Assembly (NCBI GenBank): GCA_005879805.1
Contig: VBKL01000053.1
Coordinates: 157,716 to 221,715, forward strand
DNA: 64,000 bases
Reading direction: 5' to 3'
DNA from: Deltaproteobacteria bacterium
GTDB lineage: Bacteria > Myxococcota > Myxococcia > Myxococcales > 40CM-4-68-19
A program made the position numbers and the translations under genes. The notes beneath the pieces were generated by a model. That model did no database searches. It was not told where the DNA came from and was given only the letters and a program-made list of their open reading frames with translations. This document shows, piece after piece, positions 18,986-30,196 of the stretch (the first letter of the stretch is position 1; each line of letters starts with the position of its first letter).

Positions 18986-19911
18986 TCACGCCCGTAGCAG
19001 CGTCAGCGCGGCAATCAGCGCGCTGAGCAGGCCGGGGATCGCCGCGGCGATCCACGGCTCGAGCGCGCCGGAGACCGCGATCGCGTGCGCGATGACGGAG
19101 GCCGCCCAGAGGACCATCGAGAGGCCCATGCCCAGGGCCACCGCCCCGGCCAGCGGCATGCGCCGCCGGGGCCGTTGCAGCTTCAACGTCAGACCGAGCG
19201 CGGCGAGCGCGGCGGGGATCACGTGAACTGGCGTCGCGGCCCGCTCGGTGAGCGCGGCCTCGTATTCTCTCGCGCGCTGGCCTCCTTGATGCGGCGGGCG
19301 AGGCGGAAGGGAGGCTCGATCTCGAGGATGGTGGCAGGTTCCCACCCTCCGTCGCGCCCGGCGCCCAGATGGTACATGCGGGCGATCGAAGGTTCCGGCG
19401 TGCCCGTCGCCGGCGAAGCCGGCTCCTCCGTCTGCCCCCGCAGCCAGCTCGTTCCCGAGTGGTAGGAGGCCCAGTCTCCCCAGCGCTGGAACCGCTTGAC
19501 CTGGATCTCCTCGGCGCGCGCGTCCGCCTGCACCACCACGCGCTCGCCGAGAAAGAACAGGAAGCAGCCGGAGACGAGACCCACGAACGCCACCGGGGCC
19601 GCCAGCCTGCGCGGGCGGACCCCGAGGGCGTAAAGAGCGGTCAATTCGCCGCGCCGGGAAAGCAGCGTGGCGAAGAGCGCGGAGGCGATGATCAGGGCCG
19701 CCGGGGCCAGCTGGTAGCCGACCACGGCCGCCTTGTTCCAGTACAGCTCGAGCACCGCCTTCCCCCAGGCGCGGCCGGAGAACTGGTGCGCGCGGTCGGC
19801 GAAGTCCACCGCCAGGTAGAGGAGCACCACGCCGCCGAGCGTGGCCACGAAGATGCGGACCAGCTGGCGGGCGATGTAGCGATCGAGGAGCCCGAACGCG
19901 CGCGGACTCAC
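18986..19911 (-). pseudogene. LptF/LptG (YjgP/YjgQ) family LPS-export permease, frameshifted and shortened (or assembly artefact)
   Basis: The N-terminal part LLDRYIARQLVRIFVATLGGVVLL... (track ORF 19219..20091 frame) and the C-terminal TM part YEAALTERAATPVHVIPAALAALGL...EPWIAAAIPGLL (track ORF 18986..20179 frame) are in different frames, switching near 19270. The 926-nt span is not a multiple of 3. The GTG start overlaps the purD stop (GTGA). Confidence 0.7.
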
Positions 19912-21170
19912 TCCGTCCCCGCGATGTCGCGGCGCATCTGCGCGCCGGCGAGCTCGATGCGGCCCGCGGCTCCGTACGCGCGGCGTCTCGCCTCTTCCGG
20001 TCCTTCTCCGAGCGCGGCGACGGTGAGCACCCGGCCACCCGCGCTGACGATCCGTCCGTCCTGCGCGCGCGTCCCGGCATGGAGCACCCACAGATCGTCG
20101 CCTTCTTCGCGGGCGAGCAGATCGAGACCGCGGATCTCATCTCCCGCGCGGGGCGTCCCGGGATAGCCGGCGGCCGCAATCACCACCGCGACCGCCGTTC
20201 GGGGATCCCACGAGGCGCGCACTCCCGACAGATCGCGGCGGGCGGCGGCGGAGAAGAGCGGGAGGGGATCCGATCTCAGCCGTATCAAGATCGCTTGCGC
20301 TTCGGGATCGCCCAGCCGGCAGTTGAACTCCAGCACCGAAAGGCCGCCGCGGGTGAGCATGAGCCCCGCGTAGAGGGCGCCGACGAAGGGAATACCTCGC
20401 GCGGCCATTTCCCGCAGCGTCGGCTCGATCACCGTACGCAGCACCTCGTCGACGATCGCGGAGCCGGCGTCCGGAGGCGAGCAGATGGCGCCCATCCCAC
20501 CGGTGTTGGGGCCCCGGTCGCCGTCGAGGAGCCGTTTGTGATCCCGGGCGGGGGGGAGCGCTACGGCGCGTTCGCCGTCGCAAACCGCGATGACCGACAG
20601 CTCGCGGCCTTCCAGCCGATCCTCGACCAGGAGCCGGACGGCGCCGGAGCTCGACCCCGCGGCCCACAGCTCGTCGATGGCCCGCGCCGCCTGCGCCGCG
20701 TCGTCGCAAACCACCACGCCCTTCCCCGCCGCAAGCCCGTCGAGCTTCACTACGCAAGGCCCCCGCGCGTGGCGCTTCGCTGCGGCGGGATCGTCGAAGA
20801 CGGCGGCGCCCGCGGTCTTGACCGAGGCCTTCTCCATCACCTCCTTGGCGAAGGCCTTCGAGGACTCGATCCGTGCGGCGGCGGCGCTCGGTCCGAAGCA
20901 GGGGACCCCGGCCGCGGCGAGGCGGTCCGCGAGCCCCTCGGCGAGAGGCGCTTCGGGTCCGACCACCGCCAGATCCGGCTTCTCGGCGACGGTGGCGCGG
21001 GCGAGGGCTTCCGCTCCGCCGCCCGAGGGAACGCAGCGTGTCTCACGGGCGATGCCGGCGTTCCCGGGAATGGCGACGACCTCGCGCGGCTCGCCGCGCC
21101 CGCCGCGCAGCAGCGCCCGGACGAGGGCGTGCTCGCGCGCGCCGCTTCCGATGACCGCTACCTTCCGCAT
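19908..21170 (-). CDS. purD: Phosphoribosylamine--glycine ligase
   Basis: MRKVAVIGSGAREHAL..., full-length 420 aa with the ATP-grasp core and C-terminal AGYPG...VLHAGT... pattern. Confidence 0.95.
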   Translation of the reverse strand: MRKVAVIGSGAREHALVRALLRGGRGEPREVVAIPGNAGIARETRCVPSGGGAEALARATVAEKPDLAVVGPEAPLAEGLADRLAAAGVPCFGPSAAAARIESSKAFAKEVMEKASVKTAGAAVFDDPAAAKRHARGPCVVKLDGLAAGKGVVVCDDAAQAARAIDELWAAGSSSGAVRLLVEDRLEGRELSVIAVCDGERAVALPPARDHKRLLDGDRGPNTGGMGAICSPPDAGSAIVDEVLRTVIEPTLREMAARGIPFVGALYAGLMLTRGGLSVLEFNCRLGDPEAQAILIRLRSDPLPLFSAAARRDLSGVRASWDPRTAVAVVIAAAGYPGTPRAGDEIRGLDLLAREEGDDLWVLHAGTRAQDGRIVSAGGRVLTVAALGEGPEEARRRAYGAAGRIELAGAQMRRDIAGTE

Positions 21171-21171
21171 C

Positions 21172-22746
21172 TCAGTGCCGGAAATGCCGCGCGTCGGTGA
21201 AGACCATGGCGATTCCCAGAGCGTCGGCGGCGGCGATCACCTCCGCGTCGCGCACCGACCCGCCCGGCTGCGCGACCGCCGCGACGCCCGCCCTGGCGGC
21301 CTCCTCGATCCCGTCGGGAAAGGGAAAGAACGCGTCCGAGCCGAGCGCGGATCCCTTGGCGCGCTCGCCTGCCCTCTGCGCCGCGAGGCGCACGGAGTCG
21401 ACGCGGTTCGTCTGGCCCATGCCCATGCCCACGGTCACGTCCTTGTGCGCGAGCGCGATGGCGTTCGACTTCAGGTGCTTGACGACGATCCAGGCGAACT
21501 GCAGCGCCTCCATCTCCTCCGGGCTCGGCTGCCTGCGCGTCACGACGCGCCACTTCTGCGGATCCGCGCGGAGCAGGTCGCGCGTCTGCATGAGCAGACC
21601 GCCCGGGATCGAGCGCAGCTCGTGAGCTTCCGGCTTCCATGAGGCGCGCGCATCGGCCAGGCGAGGCAATTCCATCAGGCGGAGCGCCTTCTTCGGCCGC
21701 AGCACCTCGAGGGCCGGAGGCTCGAAACCGGGCGCAATCACCGCCTCGAGGAAGGTCTCGGCGAGCACCGCGGCGCTCGCTGCGTCTACCGGATGGCTGA
21801 GCGCGACGATCCCGCCGAAGGCGCTCACCGGATCCGCGTCGCGCGCCTTGCGATACGCTTCTTGCAGCGACCCGGCGCGGGCCGCCCCGCAGGGATTGGT
21901 GTGCTTGACGATCACCGCCGTGGCGGAGCCGCCGCACAGGTCCTTGAGCGCCTCGAGCGCGGCAGCGCCGTCGAGAAGGTTGTTGTAGCTCAGCTCCTTC
22001 CCCTGCAGCTGTTTCGCCCCTGCGAGCGTCGGTTCCTGCGGGGCGGGCGTCGAGGCGTAGAAGGCCGCGCGCTGGTGCGGGTTCTCGCCGTAGCGAAGCC
22101 CCTGCTCGAGCCGGTACTCGGGCAGACCGGGAGCGTCGGGCCAGCCTTCGCCTTCCGACTGCGAGATCTCCTGCGCGAGCCAGCTGGCGATGGCGGCGTC
22201 GTACGCCGCGGTGTGCGCGAAGGCCCGGGCTTGCAACCGCCGCCGCGTGCTGACGTGGACCTCGCGCTTCTGCTGCAATTCGGCGAGGACGGTCTTGTAG
22301 TCGGCCGGATCGACGAGCACCGTGACGTGGTCCGCGTTCTTCGCCGCCGAGCGGATCATCGAGGGGCCGCCGATGTCGATGTTCTCGATGACCTCGTCGT
22401 GCGGGAGGCCTTTCTCCACCGCCGTCCGGAACGGATAGAGGTTCACCACCACCAGGTCGATGAGCTCGATGCCTTGCGCCTTGACCTCGGCTTGATCGCT
22501 CGAGACGTCTCGCCGGGCCAGGATCGCGCCGTGGATCTTCGGGTGCAGGGTCTTGACGCGGCCGCCGAGCATCTCCTTGACGCCGGTCACGTCCTGCACG
22601 GCGCGCACCGCGATTCCCTCTTTGGTCAGGAGGTCGGCGGTGCCGCCGGTGGAGAGGATCTCGATCCCGAGCGAGGCAAGGCCCCTCGCCAGCTCGACGA
22701 TGCCTGCCTTGTCGGAAACGGAAAGAAGAGCGCGCGACACGGACAT
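21172..22746 (-). CDS. purH: Bifunctional AICAR transformylase / IMP cyclohydrolase
   Basis: MSVSRALLSVSDKAGIVELA...STGGTA...VKTLHPKIHGGIL-like, ...QPGGSVRD...ARHFRH C-terminus. ATG at 22746. Confidence 0.95.
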   Translation of the reverse strand: MSVSRALLSVSDKAGIVELARGLASLGIEILSTGGTADLLTKEGIAVRAVQDVTGVKEMLGGRVKTLHPKIHGAILARRDVSSDQAEVKAQGIELIDLVVVNLYPFRTAVEKGLPHDEVIENIDIGGPSMIRSAAKNADHVTVLVDPADYKTVLAELQQKREVHVSTRRRLQARAFAHTAAYDAAIASWLAQEISQSEGEGWPDAPGLPEYRLEQGLRYGENPHQRAAFYASTPAPQEPTLAGAKQLQGKELSYNNLLDGAAALEALKDLCGGSATAVIVKHTNPCGAARAGSLQEAYRKARDADPVSAFGGIVALSHPVDAASAAVLAETFLEAVIAPGFEPPALEVLRPKKALRLMELPRLADARASWKPEAHELRSIPGGLLMQTRDLLRADPQKWRVVTRRQPSPEEMEALQFAWIVVKHLKSNAIALAHKDVTVGMGMGQTNRVDSVRLAAQRAGERAKGSALGSDAFFPFPDGIEEAARAGVAAVAQPGGSVRDAEVIAAADALGIAMVFTDARHFRH

Positions 22747-22810
22747 GCGCGCTCTCCTACCATGGGGTCTCGCCGCCCGCACGAGGACGCGGGCGGCGCC
22801 CAGGCCCTTG

Positions 22811-24037
22811 CTACTTCGAGGTGCTGTCGCTCGGGGGGGTGCTGCTGCTGCTCGACTTCTGCTGCTCGGTCGTGCTGCCGGTCGGGTTCGTGCCGCTCGT
22901 GGCGTCGTTCTTCGAGCCCATCGAGCCGACCGCTTCGGGCGAACGCGCCGACTGGTCCCGCTGGCGCTTCGCGGAGCGTGCGCGGGCGATGCCCTTCTTC
23001 TTGTCCTTGCGGACCTGGTCGACGCTGCGGTCGCTCTTCGAGGTCGAGGACGCGCTGCTGTCGGCAGTCGCGCCGGAATCGCCGATCTTGGCCGACGAGT
23101 CCGAGCTCTTCGCGGAGTCCGAGCTCTTCGCCGAGATCGACGAATCGGAGCTCTTCACGGTCGCCGAGCTGTCCGAGCTCTGCGGAGTGGCCGAGTCGCT
23201 GGAGGTGGTCGCCGTCGACTTCGAGTCTTCCTTGGTACGCTGTGCGTCGCTCGTCGCCTGGTCCTTCGACGAATTGCCCAGGTTGACTTGCGCGCATCCG
23301 ATCTGCGCCCAGTGGTCCGCTTCCACTTCGCGGATCACGGTGCCCCAGCGCTGCGAGGAGGCGGGAACGAGTCCGTCGTTCCGGCCCGCCTTCTGCGAGA
23401 GATAGGCGTGCGAAGGCCACAGGAGCGGGTTGGTCGCCAGCAGATCGCTGTGCGCCGCGACGCTGCAGTAGGCGACCCCCTCCACGTCGGGGACCTCGCG
23501 ATTGAACCGCTCGAGCGCCGATACGGTGAGATCCGAGAGCGCGCGCACCGCCGAGGCGGGGATTCCTTTCAGCGCCAGATCGGCGACCGGCGTGCCGAGA
23601 TGCGGCGTTCCGACGGTGACGAGAGAAGCGACGCGCCTTCCCAGGCCCAGGCGCGAAATCGCATAGCGCGCATCGAGCCCGCCCATGCTGTGGGCGATGA
23701 GGTTGACGCGCTCGCAGGGAAGGCTCCGGACCAGGTCGGCGAGATGCTCCGCTCGCTCGGTGACGGATCCAGTCGCGGGTACGCGAGGATGGTGGAACTC
23801 CGCTCCGAGCGACTCGAGCCCGTCGGCGATGTTGCGGAAGTAGCGGTGGCGTCGTCCGCCGAGCGCGATCTCGTCGAAACCGAGGACGCCGTGGGCGAGC
23901 ACCACCGGATGCCGCAACCGGGGCGCGCGGCGCGCGGGGAGAGCCCGGCGTAGACGCCTGCGCCGGCGCGCGAAGATCCCCGCGGCAACGAGCGCCGCGA
24001 GCGCGACGGCGAGCAAGATCGTGAACTGCCAGGTCAC
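22811..24037 (-). CDS. Membrane-anchored alpha/beta-hydrolase (class-2-type lipase) with a ~170-aa Ser/Asp/Lys-rich disordered tail
   Basis: N-terminal TM helix, HPVVLAHG, nucleophile elbow AHSMGG, then VPASS..ADHW. The tail is [39 protein letters not shown].... GTG start at 24037. Confidence 0.8.
   Translation of the reverse strand: MTWQFTILLAVALAALVAAGIFARRRRRLRRALPARRAPRLRHPVVLAHGVLGFDEIALGGRRHRYFRNIADGLESLGAEFHHPRVPATGSVTERAEHLADLVRSLPCERVNLIAHSMGGLDARYAISRLGLGRRVASLVTVGTPHLGTPVADLALKGIPASAVRALSDLTVSALERFNREVPDVEGVAYCSVAAHSDLLATNPLLWPSHAYLSQKAGRNDGLVPASSQRWGTVIREVEADHWAQIGCAQVNLGNSSKDQATSDAQRTKEDSKSTATTSSDSATPQSSDSSATVKSSDSSISAKSSDSAKSSDSSAKIGDSGATADSSASSTSKSDRSVDQVRKDKKKGIARARSAKRQRDQSARSPEAVGSMGSKNDATSGTNPTGSTTEQQKSSSSSTPPSDSTSK
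23097..23185. repeat. Imperfect 18-nt (6-codon) tandem repeat inside the lipase tail
   Basis: GAGTCCGAGCTCTTCGCG (23097..23114) and GAGTCCGAGCTCTTCGCC (23115..23132) are adjacent. Diverged copies lie at 23142..23159 and about 23168..23185. On the minus strand they encode (A/S)KSSDS units. Confidence 0.75.
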
Positions 24038-24115
24038 GCTGCGATCCTACTCGCAGCGGGGGGCCTCGCGAGGTGAGCTTCGTGCGGGTCACGTCACACC
24101 TCCACGGGGTGAAGG

Positions 24116-24706
24116 CTACTCGTCGTCGTCGTACCGGCGCGGGACGGGTCCTCCGCCCTTCGGGACCGGCGGATTGCGCGGCTCGTCGTCGGCGATGACC
24201 CGCAGCTTGATGAGGCCGCGCGTTTCGAGCTGGCGCACGCGCTCGCGGGTGAGGTTCATGATGGCGCCCACCTCCTCGAGGGTGATGCCGCCCCGATCGG
24301 CCACGTCGAGGGCGCAAGTGTCGGCGATCTCCCACAGCTCCTTGTCGGGGAAGTTCATCTTCACCGACCCGGTGCGGGGGTTCACGTCCACGTAGAGGTT
24401 GAACTTGCAGGAGACGTAGGGACAAGGGCGGGGCCCTACGGCGCAGTCGGCGCGGACCTTGGGTCTCGTCGCCTCGAGCTCGGCGGCGAGCGCTTCGAGC
24501 TCGGGATCGAGGCCTCCCGCCGCCATCTGCTGGCGGAACTGGCGCGCCATCTCCTTGCGGCTCATGGTCCGCGCCCGCTGCCGCTCTCCGGCAGGCTCCG
24601 CGCCCTCCGGATGCTCCGGCCTTCTGGTCTCCGCGACTGGCGACGCCGGCCAGGCCGGATCCTCCCGCGGCGCACCACGATCGGGGTTGCGTTTCGCCTC
24701 GTTCAT
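24116..24706 (-). CDS. Sigma-70 region-4-like HTH DNA-binding protein (no sigma region 2 seen)
   Basis: [73 protein letters not shown] has a region-4-type HTH. ATG 24706 overlaps the upstream stop (ATGA); an alternative ATG is at 24565. Confidence 0.7.
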   Translation of the reverse strand: MNEAKRNPDRGAPREDPAWPASPVAETRRPEHPEGAEPAGERQRARTMSRKEMARQFRQQMAAGGLDPELEALAAELEATRPKVRADCAVGPRPCPYVSCKFNLYVDVNPRTGSVKMNFPDKELWEIADTCALDVADRGGITLEEVGAIMNLTRERVRQLETRGLIKLRVIADDEPRNPPVPKGGGPVPRRYDDDE

Positions 24707-25308
24707 CGGTCGCCCTTTCCTGTCTCTTCCCGCGCTGTGATCTGCTGCATCGTCCGCTCCATGTCGTCGACGAACGATTTCGCCTGCCGCCTGCTGTCGG
24801 CGACGAGCCGCTCCAGTTCCTTGCGCCGCGACGGCTTCATCTCGGCGCGGTCGGCGATGGACTTGTCGAGCGCGGCGAAGATCTCGTCGAGCGATCTCTC
24901 CACGCCGTCCAGCTGTCCGCGGAAGAAGACGAACGAGCCGCGGATGTCCTCGAGGGTCATCCCCTCGTCCATGAGGGACTTGATGAGATGGATGCGGCGC
25001 GCCGCCGAAGCCGGGTAGAGCCCGCGCGAACCGCGGTGCTTGCCCTTCTCGCCCACCCGGCGGCTGCGCGGAAGCAGGCCCAGCTGGACGTACTTGCGGA
25101 AGGTGGCCTGCGCGAGCCTCACCCCTTTGGGAGCAAAAAAGTCGACGATCTGCGCGGCGGAGATCCCTTGCGGGTACTCCGTTTCCAGCCGGTCGAATTC
25201 GTCGGCCTCGCGCTGGACCATCGACACCCTGGCGGCGGATGCCGCCCTCGAAGCATCGCGCAGGGCTTCTGGCTCCTGCGACATCGAAGCGATGGTCTTG
25301 AATGGCAT
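24703..25308 (-). CDS. MerR-like HTH protein with coiled-coil C-terminus
   Basis: [33 protein letters not shown]...[28 protein letters not shown] resembles the MerR HTH plus wing. ATG at 25308 is chosen because the region upstream turns AT-richer and promoter-like. Confidence 0.6.
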   Translation of the reverse strand: MPFKTIASMSQEPEALRDASRAASAARVSMVQREADEFDRLETEYPQGISAAQIVDFFAPKGVRLAQATFRKYVQLGLLPRSRRVGEKGKHRGSRGLYPASAARRIHLIKSLMDEGMTLEDIRGSFVFFRGQLDGVERSLDEIFAALDKSIADRAEMKPSRRKELERLVADSRRQAKSFVDDMERTMQQITAREETGKGDR

Positions 25309-25312
25309 CGCC

Positions 25313-25355
25313 TGAATGCATTCACGCAAGTATCGTATCTTCAGTAGCGTGTCAA
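25313..25355 (-). promoter_or_regulatory. Candidate promoter (TTGACA-N17-TACTTG) with a perfect 12-bp palindrome TGAATGCATTCA just upstream of the MerR-like start
   Basis: On the minus strand, TTGACA is at 25355..25350 and TACTTG at 25332..25327 (17-nt spacer). The palindrome at 25324..25313 lies 5-16 nt before ATG 25308. Confidence 0.4.
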
Positions 25356-25421
25356 CCACGTTCTCCAGGAGCGCTCCCGGAGAGCAGGAACGCTCAGTTC
25401 TGGTCATCGCCGAGATTCGAT

Positions 25422-25507
25422 GAAGGAGGACGCACCGCGCTGCGGACGCGGATGCGCCACGGCGCATCCTGTCCTACGCGGCGTTCCGAGCCCGGCCGAG
25501 GCCGCCC
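25422..25507 (+). repeat. Degenerate half-copy (A) of the palindromic intergenic element
   Basis: GACGCACCGCGCTGCGGACGCGGATGCGCCACGGCGCATCCTGTCCT matches the core of copy B almost base for base. The 3' part is diverged and the 5' arm is absent. Confidence 0.7.
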
Positions 25508-25571
25508 AAAATTGCGTTCGGAGATAGCTTCGCATCGCCTGGCGATCGTGATTCCGGGAAGAATAGCGGGG

Positions 25572-25708
25572 GGGACAGGTGCCTGGGCGGGGGTGGGCAG
25601 GCCTCCCGCCGAAGCAGACGCACCGCGCTCCGGACGCGGATGCGCCACGGCGCATCCTGTTCCTCGCGCGTTCTAATGCTCCGGCGAGAGGCCTGCCCAC
25701 CCCCGCCC
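25572..25708 (+). repeat. Palindromic MITE/REP-like element, copy B (137 nt core)
   Basis: Terminal arms GGGGGTGGGCAGGCCTC / GAGGCCTGCCCACCCCC and central palindrome GGATGCGCC-AC-GGCGCATCC. It is the reverse complement of 25991..26127 with 2 mismatches by hand alignment. Confidence 0.85.
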
Positions 25709-25990
25709 TCCGCCACGCCCTGCCGGTTCGGACAGAACTCCACGTCGCCAGCCGATCTTGATTCCGCGAACAAACGGGACGAGGGCGCCAGCAATTCCGA
25801 CGTGCCTTTCACGGGAAGAGATGTGCCGAGCGGATCCGTTGCGGGTGGTCCGAATCGGCGCTCAGGATCACCGCCTCCGGAAACACGCTCCTTGCGTCCG
25901 GCCGACGGCAGCCCCAGACGCTCCGGCTCGGCCCGTCGGACCATCGCTTCTTGACTCAGTAGTGTGGCCGGACCGGCGAGAGGCGGCGAA

Positions 25991-26127
25991 GGGTGGGGGT
26001 GGGCAGGCCTCTCGCCGGAGCATTAGAACGCGCGAGGAACAGGATGCGCCGTGGCGCATCCGCGTCCGGAGCGCGGTGCGTCTGCTTCGGCGGGAGGCCT
26101 GCCCACCCCCACCCAGGCACCTGTCCC
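25991..26127 (-). repeat. Palindromic MITE/REP-like element, copy C (inverted relative to B)
   Basis: Reverse complement equals copy B except C/T at unit position 17 and G/A near the end. Weaker similarity continues about 30 nt further, to about 26160, into the 3' end of the kinase ORF. Confidence 0.85.
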
Positions 26128-26135
26128 TCACGCCA

Positions 26136-27356
26136 TCATCCGCGGAACCAAGATCTCCACATGATGCGGCCGACGCGGACGGAGTGGTGCCCGGCCGGAA
26201 GCGCCAGCGTCATCGGCGCCTTACCGCGCAGCGATCCATCCACGTAGATCTGCGCGCCTCCGGGCCGGCTGGTCACTCTGAGCTCTCCCGTCGGTGCATC
26301 GGGAGGCGTGACCCTTCCGCGAAAGTAGAGACCCACGGCGGCGCCGCCGATGACGAGTCCGAGCACTGCACCAGCAATGGCCGGCCAGCGCCTCCGTCGC
26401 CGCGCGACCGCGCGAAATTGCGGACCCTCCAGCGGGCGTGGGACCGCGATACCCGCCGGGGGTTGCGAGTCGCGACGCGCAACGCCCGTCGCGCGGCTGT
26501 GACGAAGCGCTTCCGGCGCCGCCCGCTGGAGCCAGGCCGCAAGCTCCGCCTCCGGAGCACGCGGCAGCGGGCAGGCATGACCGAGCGCGAAGGCCAGCTC
26601 CGCGGCCGTCTGGTACCGGTCCTCGGGCCCCGGCCGGGTCGCCTTCTCGATCACTTCGCGCAGGCCCGGCCCACAGTCGGGACCCACCGCCTCGGCCAGC
26701 ACCTTGCCGAGCGCGTAGATGTCGGTCGCGGGCGTGACGGAGTCGCCTTTCTCCTGCTCCGGCGCCATGTAGCCGCGCTTGCCCTTCGGCGCACACCCCG
26801 GATCGGTGATCTCGGTATTGCCTCGCGCCCGGGCGACCCCGAAGTCGCCGAGATACACGGCCCCCGACCTGGAGATGAGGACGTTGTCGGAAGCGATGTC
26901 GCGATGCACGAGATGGAGCGGCTTCCCGTCGCGATCGCAGGCGTTGTGGGCGGCGTTCAAGGCCCGCGCGACGTCGGCGCCGACCTGGGCCGCCAGGGCC
27001 TCCGGTAGCCGCTCGCCACGCTTGCGCGCCACCTTGAGGGCGCTGCGCAAGGAGCAGCCATCGACGAACTCGAGGACGAAGATCGGTCCCTCGCTTTCCG
27101 ATTCCAGGTAGTCGACGGCGGCGACGATGCCGGGATGGTGCAAGAGCCCGACGATGCGCGCTTCGTCCGCAAGCATGGTCGCGATGCGCGGATCCCCGCG
27201 CCGTTCGGGGGCGAGCACCTTGATGACGACGCGGCGGCGGAAGGCGCCTGCGCCTTCGAGATCGGCCAGCCAGACCTCTCCCATCCCGCCGAGACCAAGC
27301 CGGTCGATGAGGAGGTACCGTCCTCCGATGCGCTCGCCCGCTCGAAGCTCGCTCAA
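26136..27356 (-). CDS. Ser/Thr protein kinase with TM segment and C-terminal PEGA domain
   Basis: GLGGMGEVW, VIKVL, HRDIASDNVL, DFGVAR and GYMAPE; then a TM segment (WPAIAGAVLGLVIGGAAVGLYF) and a PEGA-like ELRVTSRPGGAQIYVDGSLRGKAPMTLALPAGHHSVRV. TTG start at 27356. Confidence 0.9.
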   Translation of the reverse strand: MSELRAGERIGGRYLLIDRLGLGGMGEVWLADLEGAGAFRRRVVIKVLAPERRGDPRIATMLADEARIVGLLHHPGIVAAVDYLESESEGPIFVLEFVDGCSLRSALKVARKRGERLPEALAAQVGADVARALNAAHNACDRDGKPLHLVHRDIASDNVLISRSGAVYLGDFGVARARGNTEITDPGCAPKGKRGYMAPEQEKGDSVTPATDIYALGKVLAEAVGPDCGPGLREVIEKATRPGPEDRYQTAAELAFALGHACPLPRAPEAELAAWLQRAAPEALRHSRATGVARRDSQPPAGIAVPRPLEGPQFRAVARRRRRWPAIAGAVLGLVIGGAAVGLYFRGRVTPPDAPTGELRVTSRPGGAQIYVDGSLRGKAPMTLALPAGHHSVRVGRIMWRSWFRG

Positions 27357-27392
27357 GCTCGGTTCCTGGGCACGATCAAACCCCGGCGTTCC

Positions 27393-27420
27393 TTGACAGA
27401 CCCCCCTGGGTACTTACTGT
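27393..27420 (+). promoter_or_regulatory. Candidate sigma-70-type promoter upstream of dnaK (TTGACA-N16-TACTGT)
   Basis: TTGACA at 27393..27398 and TACTGT at 27415..27420, about 64 nt before the dnaK start. Motif match only. Confidence 0.3.
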
Positions 27421-27483
27421 ACCGCCGCAACGCGGCATCGGACATCGCGCCGCACCAAGATTCCACGCGAGCGAGGGAACCAC

Positions 27484-29403
<1,920 letters not shown>

Positions 29404-29506
29404 CAGGCCTCAAGGACTCGCGACGGCGGCCGATTGCAGTGTCGGAGCCCGGTAACCCCCCGGCTCCGGTTGGAGCCCGGCAACCCCCCTCGCCGGTTCC
29501 AATCCA

Positions 29507-29544
29507 GGGCGGGGCGTCGATCGCGACGCTCCGCCCTTTTTTTT
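29507..29544 (+). terminator. Rho-independent terminator of dnaK
   Basis: GGGCGGGGCGTCG-ATCG-CGACGCTCCGCCC hairpin followed by eight T (29537..29544). Confidence 0.85.
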
Positions 29545-29551
29545 GCCCGTA

Positions 29552-30106
29552 TTACTGCTTCCGGTTCTTGGTCGCCGGGGTGTCGGCCGCCTCGGGGTTC
29601 GGCGCGTCGACAGTCTTGCCCCCCGCGGTCGTCCTGTCCTTGCGGGCCTTGCCGCGCTTCTTGGCGGCGGAAGCCTCCTTCTTCTGCTGATGCCTGGGCA
29701 TCATCGTCGCGCCCTGGTCGGGGATGCGGTTGAACTCCTTGTCCTCGGTCTCGCCCTGCCGGGCGGCGCGGTTGGCGGAGTTGTTCGCGGTATCCGTCTT
29801 GTCGACAGGGGTGGCCGGTCGGTCGGTCGCGCCCTGACGCGGCGGCGGCGTTCCGTTGTCGGTGCGACCGCCCTGGGTGGCCGACGCAGTGCCGACCTCG
29901 ATTCCTGCCCGGGGTCTCCCTTCCTGGCTGGTGCTGCTCGAGGCGTCGCCCGGGGCACGCTCACCGACCTGGGCCTCGGCGCTCCCCGGAGTCTGCGGCT
30001 TGGTCTGGGCGGCGCCGCCGGAGGCCGCTTTGGTGCCCGAGTCCTGGGCGTGGGCGGTAGTGGCGAATGTGACGGCCGCGACGATGGCAAGGGCGTAGCT
30101 CTTCAT
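29552..30106 (-). CDS. Secreted low-complexity (intrinsically disordered) protein, 184 aa
   Basis: Clean signal peptide MKSYALAIVAAVTFATTAHA-QD and a GGGAG Shine-Dalgarno upstream of ATG 30106. The remainder is rich in G/A/T/P/Q/K with no recognisable domain. Confidence 0.5.
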   Translation of the reverse strand: MKSYALAIVAAVTFATTAHAQDSGTKAASGGAAQTKPQTPGSAEAQVGERAPGDASSSTSQEGRPRAGIEVGTASATQGGRTDNGTPPPRQGATDRPATPVDKTDTANNSANRAARQGETEDKEFNRIPDQGATMMPRHQQKKEASAAKKRGKARKDRTTAGGKTVDAPNPEAADTPATKNRKQ

Positions 30107-30196
30107 CTCTGGCTCCCGTTTGAGGGAACCTAGGCACGACGCTGCTCGCGCCGGGGAAAAACGCCGGGTCGTAGAGCGAGCGGGAAGGCGGACGGC

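Noticed and set aside
25422-26127. Could the repeats be a CRISPR array?
   Set aside because: The copies are about 137 nt, one is inverted relative to the other, spacing is irregular, and there are no cas genes. This is not CRISPR architecture.
27357-27483. CIRCE or sigma-32 heat-shock control element upstream of dnaK
   Set aside because: No TTAGCACTC-N9-GAGTGCTAA-like inverted repeat is present, and there is no CTTGAAA...CCCCAT pair with proper spacing. Only a weak sigma-70-like match was retained, at low confidence.
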